Assembly: GCA_902624515.1 (NCBI GenBank) | Contig: CACNYE010000001.1 | Location: 2,055-66,054 of the forward strand | Reading direction: 5' to 3' | Length of the DNA stretch: 64,000 nucleotides | From: an uncultured Pelagibacteraceae bacterium | Lineage (GTDB): Bacteria; Pseudomonadota; Alphaproteobacteria; Pelagibacterales; Pelagibacteraceae | In this document: positions 1-7,751 of the stretch, in pieces | Layout: every line of letters starts with the position of its first letter | Numbering within the stretch: the first letter of the stretch is position 1 | The notes under the pieces: generated by a model | Seen by the model: only the letters and a program-made list of their open reading frames with translations | What the model was told of the DNA's origin: nothing | Database searches by the model: none | Made by a program: the position numbers and the translations under genes

Positions 1-14
1 TATAAAATTTAATT

Positions 15-1100
15 ATGGAATTAATAAATAATTTTTCAGAAATATTTTTATCAGTATGGAATAAAGGAATACTCGGTGTTGATATTTTTCAAATATTAAT
101 TGGGATTGGAATTTTTTTAATTTTTTTAATTTTTAGAGGTTTAATAAGTAAACTTATAATCAAAAAGTTAGAAATTATCTCTAAAAGAACCACAAATAAA
201 TTAGATGATACATTTGTAAATGCCCTAATTGGACCAGCAAGATTTTTACCAATTGTATTAGGTTTTTTTATTGCAAGCTATTATATGACATTTTCAATCG
301 AGGGAAGAGAAATTGTTGATACTATTAATAGAACTTTAATTACAATTTTAATTTTTTGGATAATTCACCAAATTATAGAACCAGTATCGTATATTTTAAG
401 TGGTCTTGATAAACTTTTAACGAGAGAATTAATTGGTTGGATAATTAAATCACTAAAGATTCTTATTTTTATTTTGGGTTTAGCGGCAGTTTTAGAATTA
501 TGGGGTATTAAAATTGGGCCAATTATTGCTGGCCTTGGTTTATTTGGAGTAGCAGTAGCTTTAGGAGCACAAGATTTATTTAAAAATTTAATCTCAGGAA
601 TTTTAGTTCTTGTAGAAAAAAGATTTAAGATTGGTGATTGGATTTTAGTTGATGGAATAATCGAAGGTATTGTTGAGAAAATTGGTTTTAGATCTACTAC
701 AATTAGAAAATTTGACAAATCTTTGGCTATTATTCCGAATTTTCAATTTGCCGAAAACGCAGTTATTAATATTAGTGAGACTTCAAATTGGTTGATAAGT
801 TGGGTAATCACACTTCAGTATGACACTTCAGTTGATCAACTGAAGACTATAAGAAATCAGATTGAAGAACACATTAATAAGAGTGATGATTTTAACACAA
901 GTATAGGCGTTGCTGTAAGGGTAGATAAATTTTCAGATAGTTCAATAGATATGTATGTTCGTTGTTTTACAAAAACAGACAGCTGGAACGATTGGTTATC
1001 AGTAAAAGAACGTTTAGCTATTGCAATAAAGCAAATAGTTGAGAGCAATAAAGCTTCTTTTGCTTTTCCAAGCCAGTCTATTTATGTAGAAAAAAAATGA
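15..1100 (+). CDS. MscS-family small-conductance mechanosensitive channel
   Basis: Several N-terminal TM helices, then the MscS signature GLGLFGVAVALGAQDLFKNLISG...FKIGDWI...GIVEKIGFRSTTIR...IPN and a C-terminal FAFPSQ. Confidence 0.92.
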   Translation: MELINNFSEIFLSVWNKGILGVDIFQILIGIGIFLIFLIFRGLISKLIIKKLEIISKRTTNKLDDTFVNALIGPARFLPIVLGFFIASYYMTFSIEGREIVDTINRTLITILIFWIIHQIIEPVSYILSGLDKLLTRELIGWIIKSLKILIFILGLAAVLELWGIKIGPIIAGLGLFGVAVALGAQDLFKNLISGILVLVEKRFKIGDWILVDGIIEGIVEKIGFRSTTIRKFDKSLAIIPNFQFAENAVINISETSNWLISWVITLQYDTSVDQLKTIRNQIEEHINKSDDFNTSIGVAVRVDKFSDSSIDMYVRCFTKTDSWNDWLSVKERLAIAIKQIVESNKASFAFPSQSIYVEKK

Positions 1101-1387
1101 TTGCTGTTTTCTATTTAGTTTTACAACTATTGAAACTTTATTCTTATGTGGTTATAGCAAATGTTATAATAAGTTGGTTAATTGCTTTTAATATTTTAAA
1201 TACTCAAAATAGATTTGTGTATATAATCTTAGATTTCACTTACAGACTAACAGAGCCTTTTTTAAGCAGAATAAGACGATTTCTTCCAAATCTAGGTGCT
1301 TTAGATATATCTCCAATAATTTTACTTCTATTGATTTGGTTCATAGAAATGTGTATGAAGCTTTACGTCGCGCCAATGATATTTTAA
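1097..1387 (+). CDS. yggT: YggT family membrane protein
   Basis: Motifs YRLTEPFL..IRRFLP..G.LDISPIILL; sits next to folD as in other Alphaproteobacteria. Confidence 0.88.
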   Translation: MIAVFYLVLQLLKLYSYVVIANVIISWLIAFNILNTQNRFVYIILDFTYRLTEPFLSRIRRFLPNLGALDISPIILLLLIWFIEMCMKLYVAPMIF

Positions 1388-1393
1388 AAATTT

Positions 1394-2239
1394 ATGATTT
1401 TAATTGATGGTAAAAAAGAAGCAGCACTTTTAAGAGAGGAACTTAAAAAAGAAGTTTCAGAGTTAAAGTCAAAATATAACAAAGTACCTGGTTTAACAGT
1501 TATTCTAATAGGTGATTTAACTCCAAGTCAAATTTATGTTCGAAATAAAGAAAAATCTGCAAATGAAGTTGGACTTAAATCTGATGTTATAAAATATCCA
1601 GATTCTGTGGATGAAAAAGTTGTTTTAGAAAAAATAGAGGAATTAAATAAAGACGAGACTGTATCTGGTATTTTAGTTCAGTTACCTCTTCCAAAACATA
1701 TAGATAAACAAAAAGTTATTGAAGCTATTCATCCTTCAAAAGATGTTGATGGTTTTCATCCTATGAATGTTGGAAATCTTTCGTCCGGCTATGAGAGTTC
1801 AGTACCATGTACACCATTGGGTTGTTATTTATTAATCAAAAAGATAGAACCAAACTTAAGTGGAAAAAAGGCTGTTGTGGTTGGTAGATCAAATCTAAAT
1901 GGAAAACCTATGACACAACTTCTTTTGAAAGAAAATTGCACCGTTACAATTACCCATTCAAAAACAAAAGATTTGAAAGCTGAATGTCTTGAAGCTGATA
2001 TAATTGTTGCAGCTGTCGGAATACCCGAACTTGTCAAAGGTGATTGGGTTAAAAAAAACACCATTGTAATTGACGTGGGTATTAATAAAACGGATAAAGG
2101 TATTGTTGGAGATGTAGATTTTGATGAAGTTTCAAAAAATGCAAAGGCTTTGACTCCTGTTCCTGGTGGGGTTGGCCCAATGACGATTGCTTGTTTACTT
2201 AAAAATACGATTGACTGTTTCAAAAGATCGCAAATTTAA
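1394..2239 (+). CDS. folD: Bifunctional methylenetetrahydrofolate dehydrogenase/methenyltetrahydrofolate cyclohydrolase
   Basis: Motifs SQIYVRNK, GILVQLPLP, KDVDGFHP, PCTPLG, TPVPGGVGPMT. Confidence 0.97.
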   Translation: MILIDGKKEAALLREELKKEVSELKSKYNKVPGLTVILIGDLTPSQIYVRNKEKSANEVGLKSDVIKYPDSVDEKVVLEKIEELNKDETVSGILVQLPLPKHIDKQKVIEAIHPSKDVDGFHPMNVGNLSSGYESSVPCTPLGCYLLIKKIEPNLSGKKAVVVGRSNLNGKPMTQLLLKENCTVTITHSKTKDLKAECLEADIIVAAVGIPELVKGDWVKKNTIVIDVGINKTDKGIVGDVDFDEVSKNAKALTPVPGGVGPMTIACLLKNTIDCFKRSQI

Positions 2240-2276
2240 TATTTAAATCCATAAAAAATATTTGATAAGTTTGGTT

Positions 2277-2480
2277 ATGAAAAAACCAAAATATCCATAT
2301 AGAATTGTTATCATAATGGGCATTCTGACAATTCCACCTATTGGTGCAACTCAATTAGGTTGGTATCTTTATGATCAACAAACTGGATTTGATTATGGTA
2401 TGATTATTGGTACATTTTCAGTTATATTAGCCGCTTGGTTGATGTATGAAAAAAACTGGAGAGAAGAGGATGAGGATTAA
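2277..2480 (+). CDS. Small hypothetical membrane protein (2 TM, acidic tail)
   Basis: The ORF track starts at TTG 2262; ATG 2277 (MKKPKYPYR...) is more plausible. Two hydrophobic segments. Confidence 0.6.
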   Translation: MKKPKYPYRIVIIMGILTIPPIGATQLGWYLYDQQTGFDYGMIIGTFSVILAAWLMYEKNWREEDED

Positions 2481-2483
2481 TTA

Positions 2484-2747
2484 ATGGAAAAAATAATTTT
2501 TTTTGGTTTAGTTATCCCAATTTTTGCTTTTGTACTTTATTTAGGTGTTAGTGCAATAATGAAAGGGTCAGAGGCTAAAAGCGCACTTAAGGAGGAAGCA
2601 AATTTAAAAAATGATGAGAACGAAAATTCTCCTAATAGCAAAAAAAATTTAAGTGAGGAAATTGATAAATTAAACAATCTTTTAAAAGATGGTGTTTTAA
2701 CTCTAGAAGAATTCGAAAAAGCTAAAAAAAAATTATTAGATGATTAG
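2484..2747 (+). CDS. SHOCT-domain small membrane protein
   Basis: N-terminal TM helix and C-terminal EIDKLNNLLKDGVLTLEEFEKAKKKLL, the SHOCT pattern. Confidence 0.8.
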   Translation: MEKIIFFGLVIPIFAFVLYLGVSAIMKGSEAKSALKEEANLKNDENENSPNSKKNLSEEIDKLNNLLKDGVLTLEEFEKAKKKLLDD

Positions 2748-3817
2748 TTGTAATTAAGTAATTTTTTTAATGATCCAAACTCACCAATTTTATAAATAAT
2801 AGCATCTTCTTTGTTGAATCCATATTTCTCTGCATTAGCTTTGAATCTTAAAGGTGGTTCCATTATTGGCTCTAGGGATAGAACGAAAGTTCCCCAATGC
2901 ATTCCAATTACTTTTTTACTTCTTAAATTTTTAGCAATTTCTAAAGCCTCTTCCGGGTTAGTATGATAAACCGATTTGTCTTTATAAGGCATGATTGGGT
3001 AAAAATTATAGGCTCCTATATTTATAAATGTCAGATCAATCGGACCATATTTATTGCCAATATCTTTATAAATATCTCCAATACCAGTATCACACGTAAA
3101 TAAAATTTTTTTTCCATTATATTCAATTAAAAAATTTCCCCATAATGATTTGTTAGTATCTGTTAAACTTCTTTTAGACCAGTGAACAGCAGGTAAAAAT
3201 GTAACTTTCAAATTATTATTAATCTTAATTTCATCATACCAATCCATTTCATTAACATCTTTGTATCTTTTAAAATATTTACTTAATTGTAGGGGTAGTA
3301 AAACTTTTGTATCTTTATATGGAAATTTTCTAATCGTTGACATGTCTAGGTGATCGTAATGATTGTGTGTTAGTAAAAATAAATCTATTTTTGGAATTTC
3401 GTTAAGTTTTAAAGCTGGTTCAGTAAATCTATCTGGTCCAAAAATTAAGGGACCTGCATTTTTTGAGAATATCGGATCAGTAATTATTGTTGTTTTTCCA
3501 AGCTTAATTAAAAAGGTAGCATGACCTATCCAGGCAACATAATCATCCTCTTGATATTTTTTTAGGTCTGATAAAACTTTTTCTTTCTCTACAACGTGCT
3601 CTTTGGGTACCGTCATATCAAGTTTCTTTTTTTCTTGATTAAATATTTTATAAGACCATTTAATATTTGAATCTCTTTTTGGTGATCCCTCTGGGTTTCT
3701 AAAAGTTCCGTCTGACAAGTGATGATAAGGTTTTTCCATTGCAATACTTAAACAATTATAAAAAAAAATTCCAATTAAAATTAATGAAATACTAATTAAC
3801 TTTTTTCCATCAACCAT
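2744..3817 (-). CDS. Metallo-beta-lactamase-fold hydrolase (NAPE-PLD/RomA-like), exported
   Basis: Motifs WIGHATFLI, TDPIFS, THNHYDHLD, PAVHWSKR, IGAY, GMHWGTF; N-terminal signal-like segment. Confidence 0.85.
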   Translation of the reverse strand: MVDGKKLISISLILIGIFFYNCLSIAMEKPYHHLSDGTFRNPEGSPKRDSNIKWSYKIFNQEKKKLDMTVPKEHVVEKEKVLSDLKKYQEDDYVAWIGHATFLIKLGKTTIITDPIFSKNAGPLIFGPDRFTEPALKLNEIPKIDLFLLTHNHYDHLDMSTIRKFPYKDTKVLLPLQLSKYFKRYKDVNEMDWYDEIKINNNLKVTFLPAVHWSKRSLTDTNKSLWGNFLIEYNGKKILFTCDTGIGDIYKDIGNKYGPIDLTFINIGAYNFYPIMPYKDKSVYHTNPEEALEIAKNLRSKKVIGMHWGTFVLSLEPIMEPPLRFKANAEKYGFNKEDAIIYKIGEFGSLKKLLNYN

Positions 3818-4860
3818 AAATTATCTCCTGCTAAAAAATAAATTTTTCCATTATTTGGATGAACCTGTATATCTCTTATTCTTCCAATTTTACCTTTAAA
3901 AATTATCATTTCTTTTACATTTGATAAGTCGGTGAATATTAATTTCCTTAGGGATTGATCTTTAAGAGAAGTTATTAAAGCATGTCCATTCCATTCGCTG
4001 AATTCTTTACCCTCATAAATAGTTATTGCACTTGTTGCAATAGAAGGTACCCAATAATGTATTGCTTTTGTAAAACCTGGTTTCCATTTTGGACCAATTG
4101 GAATACCAGAATAATTCGTACCTCCCCACCCTAGAATCTTCCATCCATAGTTTTCACCTTTTTTTGCTTCACCAAACCAATCACCACCTCTTGCTCCATG
4201 GTTGCTCAAATAAATTTTTTTATCAAATGAAGATAAAGTTAAACCCTGAGGATTTCTAATTCCTATCTGATAAATTTCAGGTAACCATTCAGATTTTCCT
4301 TGAAATTTTGGGTTATCTTTAGGAATGCTTCCATCAATATTAATTCTAATAATACTTCCAGGATGTTTTGTTGGGTCTTGTGCGATCATGCCTTCTCCTC
4401 TTTCACCAGCTGAAGCAAATAAGAAATTATCTTTAATCGCTAACCTTGATCCGAAGTGATATCCTGAGTTAATAGGAGGGTTTGCTTGAAAAATATTTTT
4501 AAAATTTAATTTTTTTTCATTAAATTTTGCTTTAGCTATTGAAGTACTAGTTTTTCCATTTCCTCTATTTTCTGAGTAAGAAATATAAACAAAATTATCT
4601 TTTAATAAAATATCTAACAAACCTCCCTGACCATGTTCTAGATAATTAAGATTATGATTTACCTCAGAGATTTTTTTAGAATTAAGGTTAATCAATTTAA
4701 TTTTCCCACTTTTTTCTGTAATTAATAATTCATTATTATTGATGAATGTAGAGCCCCATGGGTCATTTAAATTTACAATTTTTTTGAAAATAAGATTTTC
4801 TGCAAGTGAAATATTTATAGAAATTAAAAATAAGAATACTGAAATAAAAAATTTTCTCAC
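3796..4860 (-). CDS. PQQ-dependent sugar dehydrogenase (glucose/sorbosone, YliI-like)
   Basis: Motifs GQGGLLDI, HFGSRL, GIRNPQG, NYGW, GRIRDI. Start moved to GTG at 4860 (VRKFFISVFLFL... signal peptide), just after the SDR stop. Confidence 0.85.
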   Translation of the reverse strand: MRKFFISVFLFLISINISLAENLIFKKIVNLNDPWGSTFINNNELLITEKSGKIKLINLNSKKISEVNHNLNYLEHGQGGLLDILLKDNFVYISYSENRGNGKTSTSIAKAKFNEKKLNFKNIFQANPPINSGYHFGSRLAIKDNFLFASAGERGEGMIAQDPTKHPGSIIRINIDGSIPKDNPKFQGKSEWLPEIYQIGIRNPQGLTLSSFDKKIYLSNHGARGGDWFGEAKKGENYGWKILGWGGTNYSGIPIGPKWKPGFTKAIHYWVPSIATSAITIYEGKEFSEWNGHALITSLKDQSLRKLIFTDLSNVKEMIIFKGKIGRIRDIQVHPNNGKIYFLAGDNLWLMEKS

Positions 4861-4861
4861 T

Positions 4862-5572
4862 TTAAGAAAGTTTTGATCTACCACCATCAACGGCAATAAT
4901 TTGACCAGTAACCCAAGAACTGTCATCAGTAATGAGAAATTTTGCAAGAGAAGCTGAGTCTTTTCCTTCACCTAATCTTTTTAAAGGATGAGCTTTTGCT
5001 ATTCCATCTGCTAATGCTTTATTTTTTAACATTGGTTCAGCAATTTTTGAATTAGTTAAACTAGGTGCAATACAGTTCACTCTAATATTTGGAGCAAATT
5101 CAGCTGCTAATGAAACAGTTAATCCTTCAACAGCGGCTTTAGCCGAAGCAATTATTGCATGATTAGTAAATCCTCTTTGTGCTGCTACTGTAGAGAATAA
5201 AACTACCGAACCTTTATTTTTTTTTAAACTTTCTTGATAACTTTTGATAACTTCGACTGCAGAATAGAGATTTAATTTCATACATTTATTAAAATCATTT
5301 TCATTGACCATTCTCAAAGGTTTTAAATCTATTGAACCAACACAATAAGCAACACCTTTTATATCTGAAATGTCATTTTTAACTTTTTCTGCAAATCCAT
5401 CTTCTAAAACATCTGCAATTGTAAAAGTACAACCAAGTTTTTCAGAAATACTTTTTATTTCGTTTTCATTTCTTCCAACTAAATGAACAGAATTTCCTGA
5501 ATTTACTAATTGTTCAGCTAAGCTAGATCCGATTGAACCTGTCGCACCAAAAATAAGATATTTTTCTGACAT
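4862..5572 (-). CDS. SDR-family oxidoreductase with atypical active site (no Tyr in YxxxK)
   Basis: Rossmann motif GATGSIG, IRVNCIAPSLT, VTGQIIAVDGG; the catalytic segment reads HAIIASAK. Confidence 0.85.
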   Translation of the reverse strand: MSEKYLIFGATGSIGSSLAEQLVNSGNSVHLVGRNENEIKSISEKLGCTFTIADVLEDGFAEKVKNDISDIKGVAYCVGSIDLKPLRMVNENDFNKCMKLNLYSAVEVIKSYQESLKKNKGSVVLFSTVAAQRGFTNHAIIASAKAAVEGLTVSLAAEFAPNIRVNCIAPSLTNSKIAEPMLKNKALADGIAKAHPLKRLGEGKDSASLAKFLITDDSSWVTGQIIAVDGGRSKLS

Positions 5573-5594
5573 AAAAAATTTTATTCGTTATATT
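5566..5594 (+). promoter_or_regulatory. Putative sigma70 promoter giving a leaderless photolyase transcript
   Basis: CTGACA (5566-5571) - 17 bp - TATATT (5589-5594), 5 nt before ATG 5600; no Shine-Dalgarno sequence. Confidence 0.55.
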
Positions 5595-5599
5595 TAACT

Positions 5600-7090
5600 A
5601 TGAAGTTATTTTTTATACTGGGTAATCAATTATTTCCATCAAAATACTTGGACCGCTTCAAAAAAGACCACCTATTTTTTATGGCTGAAGATTACCAATT
5701 ATGCACTTATGAAAAACACCATAAACAAAAAATACTTCTTTTCTTATCATCAATGCGCTCATATGCAGATAGTCTTAAAAGAGATAAATTTAAATTAGAG
5801 TACACTAAAATTGAGGATAAAGAATTTAAGGATGATTATTTAAAAAAATTAAAAAAAATAATTAGCTCAAAAAAAATAAAAGAGGTCTCAAGCTTTGAAG
5901 TTGAAGATAAATTTTTTGAAAAAAAAATAAATCAATTTCTGAAAAAAGAAAAAATAAAATGGAATGTTATACAAACTCCAATGTTTTTAAATTCAAGAGA
6001 AGAATTTAAACAATATCTTTCCAAATCAAAAAAGCCTTTTATGGCGGTTTTTTATAAAGATGTCAGAAAAAAATCAGGAATACTAATGGGTTCAGACGGA
6101 AACCCAATTGGAGGTAAATGGAGTTTTGATGAAGATAATAGAAATAAATTACCAAAAAATATTTCAATCCCAAAATTTCCAAAAATAAATGAAACTAATC
6201 ATACTAAAAAGTTAAAACCAATTATTGAAAAATTATTCAAAGATCATCCTGGTAAAACTGATAACTTTTGGTTTGCTACTGAATATAATGATGTCATCAA
6301 ACTTTTAAATTTTTTTATTAAAGAGAAATCAAATTTATTTGGAGATTATGAAGATGCTGTTGATCAAAAAGATAATGTTTTATTTCATAGTGCATTAAGT
6401 CCATACATTAACTTAGGTTTGATCACTCCAGAATTTATTATTAAAAAAGTTTTAGAATTCCATAAAAGTAAAAAGATAAGATTAAATTCACTAGAAGGTT
6501 ACATTCGCCAGGTGATTGGTTGGAGGGAGTTCATGAGAGGAATTTATCAAAGTTATTCAAATGAAATGGAAACTGGAAACTTTTTCAAACAAAATAGAAA
6601 AATGAAAAAATCCTGGTATGAGGGCACAACCGGATTACCTCCTCTTGATTATGCAATTAAGAATGCTTTAAATCATGGATGGTCTCATCACATTGAAAGG
6701 TTAATGATTTTATCTAACATCATGAATCTTTGTGAAATAAAACCAACTTTTGTTTACAAATGGTTCATGGAAATGTTTGTAGACTCTTCTGACTGGGTTA
6801 TGGTTCCAAATGTTTATGGAATGGGATTATTTAGTGACGGAGGAATATTTGCAACTAAACCCTATATCTGTGGATCTGCTTATTTTATGAAAATGATGGA
6901 TTTTAAAAAAGGCGAGTGGTGTAACACAATGGATGGATTGTATTGGAGATTTATTGATCGTAACAGAAAATTTTTTTTAAAAAATCCAAGACTGTCTATG
7001 ATGGTAAGAATTTTTGATAAAATGAAAACTGAAAGAAAAAAATTAATTTTATCTGCTGCAGATAAATTCATTAAGCAAAATACTATTTAG
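5600..7090 (+). CDS. Bacterial (6-4) photolyase / cryptochrome of the PhrB (FeS-BCP) type, lacking the Fe-S cysteines
   Basis: Motifs ILGNQLF, HHKQKILLFLSSMR, GGKWSFDEDNR, FGDYEDA, EGYIRQVIGWREFMRG, HHIERLMILSN, WVMVPNVYGMG, ATKPY. Confidence 0.88.
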   Translation: MKLFFILGNQLFPSKYLDRFKKDHLFFMAEDYQLCTYEKHHKQKILLFLSSMRSYADSLKRDKFKLEYTKIEDKEFKDDYLKKLKKIISSKKIKEVSSFEVEDKFFEKKINQFLKKEKIKWNVIQTPMFLNSREEFKQYLSKSKKPFMAVFYKDVRKKSGILMGSDGNPIGGKWSFDEDNRNKLPKNISIPKFPKINETNHTKKLKPIIEKLFKDHPGKTDNFWFATEYNDVIKLLNFFIKEKSNLFGDYEDAVDQKDNVLFHSALSPYINLGLITPEFIIKKVLEFHKSKKIRLNSLEGYIRQVIGWREFMRGIYQSYSNEMETGNFFKQNRKMKKSWYEGTTGLPPLDYAIKNALNHGWSHHIERLMILSNIMNLCEIKPTFVYKWFMEMFVDSSDWVMVPNVYGMGLFSDGGIFATKPYICGSAYFMKMMDFKKGEWCNTMDGLYWRFIDRNRKFFLKNPRLSMMVRIFDKMKTERKKLILSAADKFIKQNTI

Positions 7091-7221
7091 TGAAAAAACA
7101 AAATCTTCCCTCAAAAATTTGTCCTGTCTGTAAAAGACCTTTTGTTTGGCGCAAAAAATGGAGATTAAATTGGCAGGGAGTAAAATACTGCTCAAAAAAA
7201 TGCTCTAATAAAAGAATTTAA
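7090..7221 (+). CDS. DUF2256 small Cys4 protein (not in the ORF track)
   Basis: GTG overlaps the photolyase stop; translation MKKQNLPSKICPVCKRPFVWRKKWRLNWQGVKYCSKKCSNKRI fits the DUF2256 pattern CxxC.RPF.WRKKW...YCS..C. Confidence 0.88.
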   Translation: MKKQNLPSKICPVCKRPFVWRKKWRLNWQGVKYCSKKCSNKRI

Positions 7222-7223
7222 AA

Positions 7224-7751
7224 ATGAATTTAGAAAAATATAAGTGGAAGAGTAGAATTTTATTAGTAATTACTCCAAATTTTAAAGATAAATTATATCA
7301 AAAAGCGAAAAAAATATATCAAAGCAAGATTAAGGAATTTCATAAAAGAAATGTAAAATTAATATGCAAATCAAATAAAGACAAAACTTTTTCAGTAAAT
7401 CTTATTGGTTTCGATGGTAAATCAAAAAAAGTGATGAATTATTTAAACTACAAACTCGTGTTTCAAATTATTGACAAGATGCCATTAAATAAAAAAATTA
7501 AACCAATTAACCTATCTTTATATTCAGATTATAATCCTAAAACTACTACACATGGATTAGGATTTAAAAATAAAGAAAAAGCTTTATTTACTATTAACGC
7601 AATTAAAAATAGACCTATCAAATATCAAGTTAATGTAGTTTCGACTATGTTAGGTAGAGCTAAAAATCATCCTAATAAAACTAGAGATATGGGACGCGCT
7701 ATAAAAGTATTTGATGACTGGATGAAAAAATATAAGAGTAAGAAAAAATGA
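7224..7751 (+). CDS. DUF4174-like N-terminal domain fused to an uncharacterised basic C-terminal domain
   Basis: N-terminal LEKYKWKSRILLVITP...F.V.LIG.DG..K......F..ID.MP resembles DUF4174; ~80 extra aa start at LYSDYNPKTTTHGLGFKN. Confidence 0.65.
   Translation: MNLEKYKWKSRILLVITPNFKDKLYQKAKKIYQSKIKEFHKRNVKLICKSNKDKTFSVNLIGFDGKSKKVMNYLNYKLVFQIIDKMPLNKKIKPINLSLYSDYNPKTTTHGLGFKNKEKALFTINAIKNRPIKYQVNVVSTMLGRAKNHPNKTRDMGRAIKVFDDWMKKYKSKKK

Noticed and set aside
4861-4971. N-terminal extension of the PQQ dehydrogenase ORF in the track
   Set aside because: It overlaps the SDR coding region by 110 bp; the signal peptide begins at GTG 4860.
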